A stretch of DNA of 57,857 nucleotides, the filler included, from Sluysia triapertura (lineage: Eukaryota): assembly GCA_046118255.1 (NCBI GenBank). It is 4 parts of 4 records of this genome, joined end to end, with 100 filler letters (N's around TTAATTAATTAA, not from the genome) between each part and the next. Parts side by side here need not be neighbours in the genome. Positions count along the whole stretch, not along the records: positions 1 to 17,024 come from JBJNIA010193604.1; positions 17,125 to 28,163 come from JBJNIA010189775.1; 2 more parts are not named here. One strand, given 5' to 3'. Position 1 is the first letter of the stretch. The number at the start of each line of letters is the position of its first letter. Positions 12,960 to 25,330 of the stretch are shown in pieces. The notes below the pieces were generated by a model, which made no database searches, had not been told where the DNA came from, and worked only from the letters and a program-made list of their open reading frames with translations. The translations under genes were made by a program, and so were the position numbers.

Positions 12960-14383
12960 AGACTTGCAGAACTCTATGATCCTTTTATTACCGACCTAGA
13001 TACATCCAGATGCTCCAAGGCGCAGAAAATCTTATCAACATTCTCCCTAGTGTATAATCATCCTTCCTATTCTATTATTTCCTTTCGACCTCACGCGTTG
13101 CAAACTAACTCCTTTGATTGCGAACCTTTAGTGTGTGCCTTTATTCAACGACTATTCCAATAGAAGCATTGTACCCACATATGCGCCTCATCTATTAGAT
13201 CCTACATGAAATCTTTGCGTGCTGAAAAACGTCTTTCTGTAGCAGGCAAAATCTCTTCTACATTATCTTACCACTTCTATTTCAACCATTCAGAGTCCCT
13301 TACCTATTGCCTTATTGATCACTGTGGCAAAACTTTTACCCCAAATAATAATAACAATAATATTATTAGACATCTGGCCATTCACTCCCAGAATCCTAAA
13401 GACGCTACCTTCTTCTGCTCAAATTGTTCCCAAATCTTAATCATTCCATCCCTCTCTAGTCACTCCCAAACTATTACCACTACTTCCTCTCAGTTGGAAA
13501 ATCTTTTTGATATAGAAGTCACTGAAAACGATAAACATTCCGATTGACTATCACAGTATTCAGTTGAGGCCTTTCTTCGCGAATATTGTTGTCCTGGCCA
13601 CACAACCAAGATTATAAAACCTGTTTGTTCTATCTTCCTCTTAGCTGGTGATCTGTTAGGATTCTATAATTCCTTCCCTTTTACCTCTATGATTCAATGG
13701 AAGATAATCTTCTGTCTAATACTTTGTGAGCAAAATCATTGGCTGCTTTTGAAAGCTCTTCATATCTTTATGATCCTCTTTGCTCCAATAAACTTACTCA
13801 ACTGCATACTTCCTTGAATGCAATTATCAATAAATTCTCCATTGTTGAAGACGTCAATGACATATCTATTCCCATTATCAAACGCAACGTTGTTGGTGCA
13901 CCAGTTCAGCCCCCAGATAGTACTCAATGTGGCTTCTATATTCTACACTTCGCTTACTTCTACTCTAGATTTGGCATCGAGTGTTGCACTCATCCTTTCA
14001 ATCTACCTAATATTAAAAACCTATTCCATAGATAAAATACTAGATTCACAAAAATCTTACAAAGTCACCAAAAAAAGAGTCACCAACTCATCCTATCTTG
14101 CTCCACGTGATCTCCCTTCTTTCTTCTGGAAGTATCGACTCAACTTTTGCCCTTGAAATGGCGCGCCGTGCTGTCCTTCCAAACACTAACACTAGGAAGA
14201 ATACAAATCCTCCCGATGACGGTGTACACCATCGAAGAGGTAAGAAATATCATCCCAAACCCAGTAACCCACTTACCTCTAACTACCTTTTGCGAAAAGC
14301 TTATGGCAATGGACCCTCCTATGTAATTCATAAACTACTCAGTGACGAAATCGTAGAGCTTTAATACCCTCCCATGGAATCCA
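12960..14383 (+). mobile_element. N-terminal relic of a NeSL/Utopia-type RLE retrotransposon (Ulp1 - C2H2 - Ulp1), truncated before RT
   Basis: LQTNSFDCEPLVCAF (~13100); C2H2 finger CLIDHCGKTF...IRHLAIH; D*LSQYSVEAFL; QNHWLLL (His 13737); YLYDPL; PVQPPDSTQCGFYILHF (Cys 13928). Contains stops and frameshifts. Confidence 0.7.
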
Positions 14384-15906
14384 TCATCTCTCACTTTTGT
14401 GCTTCGAAGTTGCCAAATTTACCAAATCTGACTTGTTAACTATGGTGGATTGTTCCATACCATAATTTGAGGAGTAATACTCCTGACACCATTTTATGGG
14501 TGGTTTAGTGGGTTTCAGATACAAATTTAGAGTTTTGGTTTGTTTGGAGGGCTTATAATTGTTATGTAAATTTAAATTTAAGTCTGGTTTGAAAAGTTTA
14601 CTTTCATCTAAGAACTTAATATAAGTCCTTTTGTGATTGTTTCTATAGAACTTTAAAAAGTGGTCTATTACTTCGAAAAATAATTCGATTCTACCTAGAT
14701 TAACTAAACTTATACAGAGAATCATGTTAGCATTTAAAAGTGTTTCATCATGAATTTTAATATGTTTAAGCTTGTTCGCTTCATAACCTTTATTGAAATC
14801 TTTAGTTTTAACATTACTGCCAATCAATTTGATTATTAGATCATTAGAAAATTTGTATTCATGTACTTTATCAAAACATAAATAAGATATTTTACGCTTT
14901 AAATCACAAATTAAAACTACACAATTATTAACAGAAAACTTTATTAAACAATTGGTTTTTATGAATGTCATAATTAATTTGTTTAAAGTTAAAACTTCTA
15001 TCATATTCTTTATTTCCTCATATTCGGCCCCGTTTTTCCACAGATCTTCTTGTTGTACTTCATTGACCCAGCTAAATCGTTTGCGAACTAAATCAAAATT
15101 CAATAAATATATAAAACTAATACTCACAAGATTATTTTTTATACTAAACATATTATTCTTCTTGACAATTGCAGATTCGTCATCACCGAGTAGATTTATT
15201 ACATCATCATTACCTGATTGTTCTACTTTTAACAAACATGATCCACGGTCTGATATCTTTCGATGGTCGTCAATATTTGTTGATAAAAATTGATCTAAAT
15301 AATATTCCCTTTTTTTGGTGTTGACATAATTACGATGAAATTATGAATACAGCGATTTTTACTAATACTTTTGTCGTGTACTGATTTATGGTTTTTCAAA
15401 TCTACTAATTTATCAAACAGATCTCCCATTTCTTCTAGGTTTATGTTTTGATATGGATAGCTTAAAACAGAATTGGTCTTATTTTTAGCTTTTATATTTG
15501 GATTGATAGGTTTCTGGTAAATTGTTGTCAGGAAAGTTGTGATTTACATCATGATGTAATTCGTATTCTAATTTCTCAGTACTCTGACTTATTATTGTAC
15601 TTGCTTACAAGACAGTTCAAAATTTTCTTTTGAGTTACAATTTAAATTTTCATCAATTGTATTATCATTGTCATTAACATAAACGTTATTCTTATTACCA
15701 TCACTAGTGATAGTGTCTAAGGAACAATTGACATTGATGTCGTCTGGAGCTGATAACATAACAAAACCTTCACTCAAGATAATTTCTTCAACATCATTGT
15801 TGGAATCTTTATTTTTCTTAGATAATTTCGATTGTTTTACTTTTGATACATTAGAGATTGTAGATTGAGAATGACATCTAAAATACGAAGGAACGTTTAC
15901 CGACAT
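14384..15906 (-). mobile_element. Second RLE-retroelement-like N-terminal relic; intact 283-aa ORF with a Ulp1-like fold lacking catalytic residues
   Basis: SVNNCVVLICDLKRKISYLCFD resembles Ulp1 nnHWvLlvID...yfD. KFYRNNHKRTYIKFL and PPIKWCQEYYSS resemble pre-RT regions of R2/NeSL proteins. An acidic/Asn-rich ORF lies upstream (15592..15906). Confidence 0.45.
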
Positions 15907-16282
15907 AGATTTACTCTTATACTAGTATTAATCGAAGTCTGATGGATTTTTATTAACTCCATAGTTTTAATATTTTGTGCGTTAAGTTAAAACTCTCTTG
16001 ATCGTGTATTAATAATTATGATTTTGTTGAATGGTATTACCGAAAATTTTCAAACTAATAAACTTTGTTAATCGCAAAAAAATGATTAATATTTTGTCTA
16101 ATTTTTAAAAATGAAACTACGTTAAAATTTGAGTCAGAGGATTCGATTTAAAACCTTTATTCACCACTTCTTTTTTTTAACATTGGAATAAAAATCAATT
16201 AAATTTATTAATATCACTACACACAGGTCCAACAAAATATACAAATAATGCACATACCGTAGTGTCATTGACACAGTTTTTG

Positions 16283-16349
16283 ATTGATTGTCCAATCACG
16301 ACTTCGACAAAATTGAAATGTATGATATTGGTCGCGATTGGACATCAAT
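16283..16349 (+). ncRNA. mir-219: mir-219-like pre-miRNA
   Basis: 5p arm TGATTGTCCAATCACGACTTCG (16285-16306) shares its first 11 nt, including the seed, with miR-219-5p UGAUUGUCCAAACGCAAUUCU. The 3p arm gtcgcgattggacatcaat pairs with it and contains TGGACATC as in miR-219-3p. Confidence 0.75.
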
Positions 16350-16368
16350 GTTATGTTGTACATGGCAA

Positions 16369-16444
16369 TGGCAAACCATCATCAATAATGACAATTTGAT
16401 AAAAATAATGACTAAAATGTCATCATTGATGATGGCGACAGCCA
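16369..16444. ncRNA. Candidate pre-miRNA hairpin clustered with mir-219
   Basis: 18-bp arms 16376-16393 and 16418-16435 (one mismatch), 24-nt loop, basal tggc/gcca pairing; ~20 nt from the mir-219 hairpin. Confidence 0.5.
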
Positions 16445-17024
16445 AAATTTAATTTAATATTTAAAGATATTGTTATTATTATCAATAAATAAAAATAAAG
16501 TGCATAAATATTTCTTTTACTGAAACCCACCAGATATTTTCTTTTAAAATCTTTCATTCTACATATGAATAAAATAAAAAGGAAATAAAACTGATGACGT
16601 ACTGTGAAGGAACAACGGTGATGAGGTATGTTATGTCTCGGTTATCGTTGTTGCTTCGTATTAAGATAATGAATTGTTTAAAGCTTTATTATATTTGTTT
16701 GTAAAGATAAAAGGAATGATTTGTGTTGTACTTGAAACGAGGAATGTTAGAATAAATTATTAAAATTTACCAAGGATCTGTGATTGAAAATAAGATTTAT
16801 GCCCCTTAATTTAAGTTTAAAATATAGTTCCATTGGAACAATTTCTTTAAAGTAAAATTCATCACATAAAACAACAATACCCACAACTACAATCATTACC
16901 CAATTCATTTCATAAAACAACATACAACCTCAACATTTCACCAAACCACATCCAACAATAAATTAATCCATATCTTAACATTCCCAACTCAATAAACTCT
17001 TACATTCATTTCAACAACTCAAAA

Positions 17025-17124
17025 NNNNNNNNNNNNNNNNNNNNNNNNNNNNNNNNNNNNNNNNNNNNTTAATTAATTAANNNNNNNNNNNNNNNNNNNN
17101 NNNNNNNNNNNNNNNNNNNNNNNN
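17025..17124. other. Artificial contig spacer N44-TTAATTAATTAA-N44
   Basis: Exactly 100 bp with a six-frame-stop linker; identical at three places. Confidence 0.95.
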
Positions 17125-17270
17125 TTGGTATTGTCGCTATTTTTATTACTGAAGATTATAAATTCTGACTTTTCTTCATTGATTATTTTCAAGTATTTAT
17201 TGTCAAACCATTTTATCAATTCAGATACTAGTTCTTCTGTTCTTTGAATAGTATTTTCTATGTTATTCAT
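17125..17270 (-). mobile_element. Non-LTR RT fragment (CR1/L2/Jockey-like, late RT motifs)
   Basis: LVSELIKWFDNKYLKIINEEKSEFIIF matches l..l..Wf..n.L.iN..Kt..i.F. Confidence 0.6.
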
Positions 17271-17739
17271 TTCAAATTCGGTATATATTATTGTTTGTTT
17301 TGAGAATTTTTTCCGGCGTAACTTTCCGATGTCTAAAGCACTTCTAATTCATATTTTGCTACTTATTGAAAGCGTCGTAATTATTATGATAAATAACTGC
17401 AGCAGTACAAACATTGTCAATCTGTTTCACAAAATTGAAGAACACTTCTTTTTATGTAAAAGATTCAAATGAATGACGAATGAAGAATATAATTTTAACA
17501 TTATTCAGTTCTTCGGATAATATTTATTTCCAAATTGCTAATAGATCCGCACAAGTGACCAGGGATTATTAGGAATATTGAGTTGAAGTGGACATTAGAA
17601 ATATCTGATTATCAAAATGACAAAAAATGAATTTATGCATTATTTCTGATTTATTGACGGATAGGTACAATATTTTTGCATATTTTTGTAGAAACCAAAC
17701 CGTTTTCAATTCTTGGATAGCAATAACGCCTTCAAAACT

Positions 17740-18560
17740 GCTTTAAAGCATATATTTCTCTACTTTTTGATATAACTTGACCTCTTCTTGATTCTCTTTG
17801 ACCAAGTTCATCCGTTCCATCAGTATTTTTAATCCTTTCAATTAATTCTTCGTCATCATAATCATTTTGATCCTCATTTTCTTTTTCAAAGAAGCTTCCA
17901 CAGATTTATTAAAATTCAATCTTGAGAATGCTTTTTTAAAATAGTTTTTAATTGTATCGTATCTCACTGAAGGGAATAATTTTTTGCCAGATTATAATCT
18001 TTTATTAAATCATCATACTCAATGTCAGTGTGTTCGGATCTAAAAACAATGTCTGCATTAAAATTGTTTTTGTATTTCGCCTTTAAGGAATGAATTATGT
18101 ATTGATCAAATGGCTGCAACTGAGAGGTTGTGTCTTTGGGCAGGAAAAGCGATGTTCTTTGAATGTACAGGATCATTATCAGGAATCAGCAAACTTTTCT
18201 ATTTTGTTGCAGATACTGCCTGTTCATTGAAGTCAGCCAGTTGGTGAATATTCAGGATTTTTGACTGGTTACATATTTTATATTTAATTTATGAAAATAG
18301 ATGTTTTTAAAGCCTCTAGAGTTCTTTTTTCTCCTTCAGAGCTGGTACATAATAGAACTGTGATTCTTTCCTGAGGAAACTTATCAGAGGCCTTTTGCTT
18401 TTCCATTGCAACATAGATTCTTGAGTTAGAGGCCAGTTTCATCACAATTTAAAATGTTATTTGGCCGATACTCAGCAATTTTGCCTTGAAACAAGTCTTT
18501 GAAATGTTCTACTAATGTTTGATTCATTAAGCCTTCTCATGAAATAACTTTTGAAACATT
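17740..18560 (-). mobile_element. Degenerate pogo/Tigger (DDE_1) transposase
   Basis: ILNCDETG (~18440), ERITVLLCTSSEGEK, LLIPDN (~18185), FLPKDTTSQLQPFDQYIIHSLKAKYK. Confidence 0.88.
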
Positions 18561-20446
18561 AATGTCATTAAACATAAAATATTTACATTTATACATTATA
18601 CTATTATTCAACTTCTACACATTAATCAGAAGTGGAACACGAACCAACCAGTCTTCTACTCTGTACACCACAATAAACTGCTCAATGAACATCCAATAAC
18701 GTTTATTCCACGAGATGCGCGCTTATTCTTCAACGAAGAAGACTGGAACAAGTACAAATTTATGACCCAACTACCGTGTATACCTGGCACCGAGCCCGGC
18801 TACAATATTCCGCCCATCAATCGACCGAAAATCAAGACTAGGTTCGGTAAAAAGATATTCAATAAGAAAAGTGATCACGACTTTTATTTTTAGTAACAAC
18901 TGATTTTGTTTAGAGTAGAGCAGTAGCAACTTATTTTAGAAATGTCATTATTGAGTAACTGAAAATTAAATCGTGTAAAATAAATATATATAATGTTTAT
19001 ATAAGCAAAGTTTTAGTTTTAACTTAATTGTTAAGGTTAAATAAAGGGTTTTTTGATTAAGTTATTGAGAAACTTTGTATACCTTTTTTATAATTGTTTT
19101 ACTAAGTTATAGTGATATGAGATATGTTATTATTGTTGTAAATATACGGTGGTAGCCAACTTATTAGACTAAAGACGACCATTTTTATGATAAAATTCAA
19201 CATTTTCAAGGATACTATGAAACTATTTATCAAAAGTGTATAAAAACATTGTCACAGAAAATGTAAAATGTTGGAAAATAACTACTTTCTCCAAAAAATT
19301 CTGCTAAAAGTAAAATAATAGATAAAAGTACTGAGATCCAAAACATACAGAAATTTTATTCATGTAGAATGTGATAACACAATTTACTGCAAATTAAATA
19401 TGTACAAATTGTTGTATCAGTACTTTGTTTGCCCTCCTTTGTTATCCAATAATTTCCTGATCCTTAAAGACATGGCATGCATGAGCTTGTGGCACAAGTA
19501 TTTTATGGGTTAGGTTACAATTAATATTAATTATTAAACAAAAAAATGATAATTAGTAAAACTCGAATGAATTAAATATTTACTATAAAGACTATTTTTT
19601 GATTATTTTTTAAAACAATAATATTATCTTTGTTATTTTATTTAAGTATTTTACTTTGCAATCTTAATTAAAGGGTTGCAATTGAGTGGCTTTTATTTTT
19701 CACTATTTAAAATCATGAATCAATTAAACTAACGATTTTTACAGTTAATACGAATTTTGCCAATAAAAGAATTATTTTCTAATTTAGAAAGCAGTTAATA
19801 AAATTGTGGAAGATCAACCATCAAAAACTATCGAAAATTAATCAGCAAATGTAATTGTAGGAAATTACATCAAAATCACAAATATACTTCATCACATACG
19901 AACATTTCTTACATAAACAAAGCATTAAATAAACTACTTGACTCATTCAAAAACAAACACAGTTATTGTACATAATTATCATTAGTTATATTTATTATTA
20001 TCATCACCTCTATCATAATAATCTCATGTCATCGTAACTCCTTCAACATTATTTCATTAAACTAAGTAACAATTCAATTTAAACTTCATTTTTTAATTGT
20101 TATTATTATAACTTTTGGTATTGTCAAAATTACTTTTCTCATTCTTCTTGTTTGTATGCATGTGCATATATAAATACTCTTAATATATTATTACTTTTCA
20201 TGTAAAAAATCGAATTAATCAATACTCATTTGTTAAATCATTAGAGTAAAGAACATTTTTGTGTTAAAATTCAACATTTTTCAAAGTTATTGTAAAATGT
20301 TGGAAAATCGATCTAATTTATAATAATCAATAATTTATTAGTCTTGTATTATTTACATAATTTAATTTTTCATTTATTTCTTATAACAATCTAAGCTTAA
20401 TTTTATAATAATAATAATTATAATTATTATTTATTGTTTTATTATT

Positions 20447-21322
20447 TCCTGATTGTTACTGTGGATCTGGAGACGAATGAAAACATACAAAATCAGAAAA
20501 TAAAGGAATAATTGATAAATAGTGATGGTTAGAACATTATAAATATTGTTGGAAAATGAATAATAAAGATGAAAACGTGGATAACTGAAAATTACCTTAT
20601 GATTCCAAAGACCTATATAAGGGTTTGAGACCTTTCGAAAGTTTGAAATTGACTTGAAAAACCTTTAGAAGCATTGAGATACCTATGAATTTGTGAACTT
20701 AGACATCACCTGGGACTTCATTAGCCTTTAAGCATTCTTTTAACATCGATAGGCATCTATGATCTTCCAATAATCTTATAAAGTGTTTAAAATCTTTAAA
20801 ATATTTGAGAAATAAAATCATTGTTATTGGTATTAAGAATAAGTTGAGTATAATAAAAATAACATGAAGAAGTAGAAAAAGGAATCAGAGAGGGGAAAGT
20901 GAAAACATCTAGAACCTTCTATATGCTTTATAAAGTACTAAATAGCTTTAGGACCTTAATAAAACCTTTACACATAAAATAAAATTAAATCTAAAAATAG
21001 ATTAATTAATTAAAATCTTAATTAACTTAAATAAGAAAAAGAACGTTTTCGTGAATAACTTTTGAATGTGGAATGCTATGTTAAATTTAAAAATGTGCAT
21101 ATATTTATTTTAAAAAGACCTTTCGATGAAGTTATGGTTTGACCGAGTTAATGCAAGGAAAGCCTTAATATTGAGCAAAGTCAAATTTTAATTAATTCTT
21201 AATTATGTAATGTTGAATATTTAATATTTAGAATGATGCAAATATATTGAATGAAATATGAGATGTTGCTGTGAGAGAGAAGAATCTAGAAATGTTTTTA
21301 GAATGGCTTGTTTGAGAATAAG
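20447..21322 (-). repeat. Repeat family A, copy 2
   Basis: Reverse complement of 1003-1846 blocks (ggatctggagacgaatgaaaacat, gggtttgagacct, gagcaaagtcaaa, gagaagaatct). Confidence 0.88.
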
Positions 21323-23972
21323 TACCTTAAACATTTACCGTTGCGTTGAGGTAAAAAAACATTTAGACAATTGTTGAATTTTAAAAAATTATTTAATAGT
21401 TTTTATGAAGACAATTTTTATTATTTATTTGATGTTAAATATTATTTTTATTATAATAATATAAAGAAATACTTTAAGTTAAAGAAAAAATATTAATTAA
21501 ATATTTAAAGTTAAAAATTTAATAAAAACAGTTAAAAAATTTTAAAGTTAAAATAAAATATTTTGGATTTATATATTGATTTAATTATTGATTTATATTT
21601 CGGATTTTAATTTACAAATATTTTGGAATTTTAAGATATTATTTTATTTTAAATTATTAAATTAATTTTAAAAGTAAATTTATTTAAATTATTAGCTTAG
21701 TTTTAAATTAAAATTATTAATTACATTATTAATGTTTAAATCAATTCAAAAACGTACTTAAGGTAGTAATTTTTGTAATTTTTACATAATATCGCAATTG
21801 TAAATTTTTTACAATTTTTTAATTCTCTCAAGAGTAAAATCTTTACTGACCTGATCTAAAAGATTCCAAATTTTTTGTTGGAGAAAAACATTAATCAACA
21901 GTCGTTAGTTTATTTTTTAAGTTTAGTACCATCAGGTACAATGTAATGCTTACTAAAATTTTATTTTAGAACTTTTTCATAGTTCCCGTGTAAAATAATT
22001 ATTAACGTTTGAATAAATAAATTAACTAAATTAAAGTTAATTTACGCAATCTGATATTAAAATTATCCGTAATTGTATATTGTATTGTAATATATTTTAA
22101 AGTTATTAAAAAATCTTTTACTTTCAAAATTTAAAATTCAACGATTTTTTGAATCCTTTTAAAAGATTCAACGTAAAATATTTTGATGAATCAACTGATA
22201 TTTTTGAATAAAGGATTCATTTTAGAGAATCCATACGACGTTTTACATTACATAAATAACATACGACTTTTTGAATTCATTTAATATGATTTATTGTAAA
22301 TTAACATTTAACAGTTGATAATTAAAGGTTCATATTTTAGTCACAGCGTAGGATAACCTCCATTGCAAATTGTTAGTAAAACCCAACAACTAGCCCTAAC
22401 TGGTGGACTCACTTTAGTTATTTTATTCGTAAATCTACGTTTAAGTAAGAACACAGCATTTTTTCGAATCAAAGTAAAACTCGATATAGTTTGTAAAACG
22501 TTCGAGTACGAATGACAATATTTATGTAAGATAAGGTAAATTGAGATCTATATGATTAAAGGCATTAATCATAAAACTAATTATTTTACTTTAGTTATGC
22601 AATTTTGAATATATTTAACAAATAATAGGACCAAGTAAGAATTAGACATAATTTTGCAAGTGTCGCCTTTCTTTATTCACTTATTTACTATTACAATACA
22701 ACGTTCTGAATATTTGTTTAATAATTCTAACGAAATTAAATTAAAACAATAAATAAAATTTAATTTATAATAACAATTTTTGTTATTAATTCGCACACTG
22801 TTCATCACTTCTAAACAAATAATATAGTAAACATTTAAATAACTGTTACTATGAACAAATGTTCTATGACAATAATTAAACAAAAATTGAAATTCATACC
22901 TGCAACTGCACTAATTTACTGAAAAAGTGACTTTCCAAATTATTATTTCGATGGAACTTTCACGAATTACTTTATCAATGTCAGGATTATAAATTTCCGA
23001 TTGAATATCATTACTTTTAACTTCTCTTCTTTTAAAATTATATAATAAATTGTTTTACATTATTTTAGTTGAATCAGATTCCATTTCAGGCATTAATTTC
23101 TTTTTGATACTGATTAGTCTTTTGGCATAATCATATTAATTAATTCATAATATTATAATTACAATACTAGTAATGTAAAATAATAATAATAATTTTTTCT
23201 AGTATTATCTAGTATTATCTAATGTGAATAAAATGAAACATGTGACCAGTAATGAGAACAGAAAATGTAAATCATTATGTTGTTGGATAAGTAAATTTGT
23301 TCTCTAATTTAATAACTAAAACAAATTAATCACAACAAGCACGTTAGTTTATTTTAATTAAATCATTAAAATCACATTTTCCAACAAGCATATAAAATAT
23401 ATAAGCACAATATAACATTCTTAAATCTGATTTTTCAGAATCTTGTAAATTAATATTAATAATATGAATAATTTTTATAATGCATCATTTATTAACATAT
23501 TAATAAATAATAGAAATCACTTGTGTTTTATTAGGTTTTATATGGTTCTTTTAAATATATCTACAATATTATTAACACTGTTACGTCATACCTATTACTC
23601 GGCTCATGTCACTATCATGAATTTTTTAATATATAATTCTAAATTAAGCTAAAACTTTAAAAAGTTAAAATTTATCAATTTATTTATTATACTCTCCTTG
23701 ATAATAAATACAAGACCAATCCAACGAATTTTGTTTTGTATTCGTTAGTATTTTCAATTATTAAGTGCTATAAACTACGAATATTATTTTCAAAAAGAGC
23801 ATTTTAAATAACTATAAAAACAATTTTAAAGATCCTAAAAGATCTTTAAATTTATAAAATATTTGCTGGTATAAAAATTGTTGTATCGATTCAACGGTTG
23901 TGCTAGGAAGCTGCTCCTTCATTTTAAAACTTAAATATTACATTAATAGTAATAAATTAATAATAATTCTAC

Positions 23973-23973
<1 letters not shown>

Positions 23974-24050
<77 letters not shown>
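23974..24050. repeat. (AAT)n microsatellite
   Basis: Perfect run. Confidence 0.95.
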
Positions 24051-24051
<1 letters not shown>

Positions 24052-24928
24052 GTAAGGCAATAATGATTTGAAAATAATTACAGCATATCATTATTTTTAC
24101 TTTGGTTTTAGTTTCTTTATGTCGTATTTATAATAACTGTTAAATGCTAAATCTTTCCTAATTTTACAATGCGCAGAAACTAAAGCATTCGTTTTTTACA
24201 CCTTTCTGTGTCATCTTAAGATTTTTATTTTTACATAAAATAATATTTATTTAATTTCATTTGTTTGTTCATTAAAAAAACAACAAAATTAAAAAAATTT
24301 TGTTTTTAGTTTGACAAAATATTTTAGTGATTATAAATATTTCTTTCGTCCAATGATATGTAAAACCACATCAAAATGATATTTATATACTCTTTTCACT
24401 TTATTCATGTCAGGTCGTCAAGTTGGTTGATAATTTACAAATATAAGAAATTATTTTACTCATCAAAGTAAGCACTCATATTATTTATACAGAATTGTTG
24501 GAATTAAATTGTTTTCTTATTCAAAAGTTGTCCAAATTACGAAAGAAGTATGGAGAATGATGAAGTTCCAACTACCATAGTCGTTTGCCATGGCTTTCCA
24601 ACAAAAAGCAGAACGATAAAGTATCAAGCCAATGTCAAATAATAACCTGTTAAAGTTGACAATATTATTAACTACACATTTCATCCTTGCCAACATAATG
24701 CATGTAAACAATTTCGACAATACAACACAACAATAATGTTAGACTTCATAAAATGGACTAATCGAACTAAGAACCTTTTGCTATAAGGTTCGATGAATTT
24801 GAATTTTGAAATTTAAATTTGTATTCCAAAATAGCACGTATTTATACATACCAGATAAATGAATCAGTATGTATGGTTTTCAATCTATTACGTTAATTTT
24901 TCATGAATAAGGTAAACCTTGCAATCAA

Positions 24929-25330
24929 TTAAATGAAATAATTATTTCGAAAATAAAAATATTTAATTAATTTAAAAAATGAAAATGAAAATAAAAAATT
25001 ATCTTTATTTAAATATAAAAGCACTTTTCCTATAAAAAACACTACATGTTCTGAGTTATTTCTCCAAAATTTATCAGAAATTAACAACCTTTTAAATTTA
25101 TCTTCATTTGTTGCGCCATCTCGGTTAACTAAGTCTTTCCAAACCGGAAAAACATTGTCTATTGGATTCAAAAAAGGAAAATAAGAGGGCAAGTATCTCG
25201 AAATCTCATCATCATCTTTTAATCATAGATATAATGGTAAATTCTGACATTATCCATTATAAAAATATGATCTTATACATTTCTTTAATAGTGGTTTTAT
25301 AATCTTCTTCACCAAATGCTTTATCAAATA
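24929..25330 (-). mobile_element. Tc1/IS630-like (DDE_3) transposase fragment
   Basis: IMDNVRIY (~25250) and YLPSYFPFLNPIDNVFPVWK (LPpYSPxLNPIE motif). Confidence 0.8.

Noticed and set aside
13540-13550. TGA at a Trp position (also 28585) suggesting an alternative genetic code
   Set aside because: Occurs only in frameshifted TE relics, where TAG also replaces Trp (hAT TR*NS). Intact exons use TGG for Trp.
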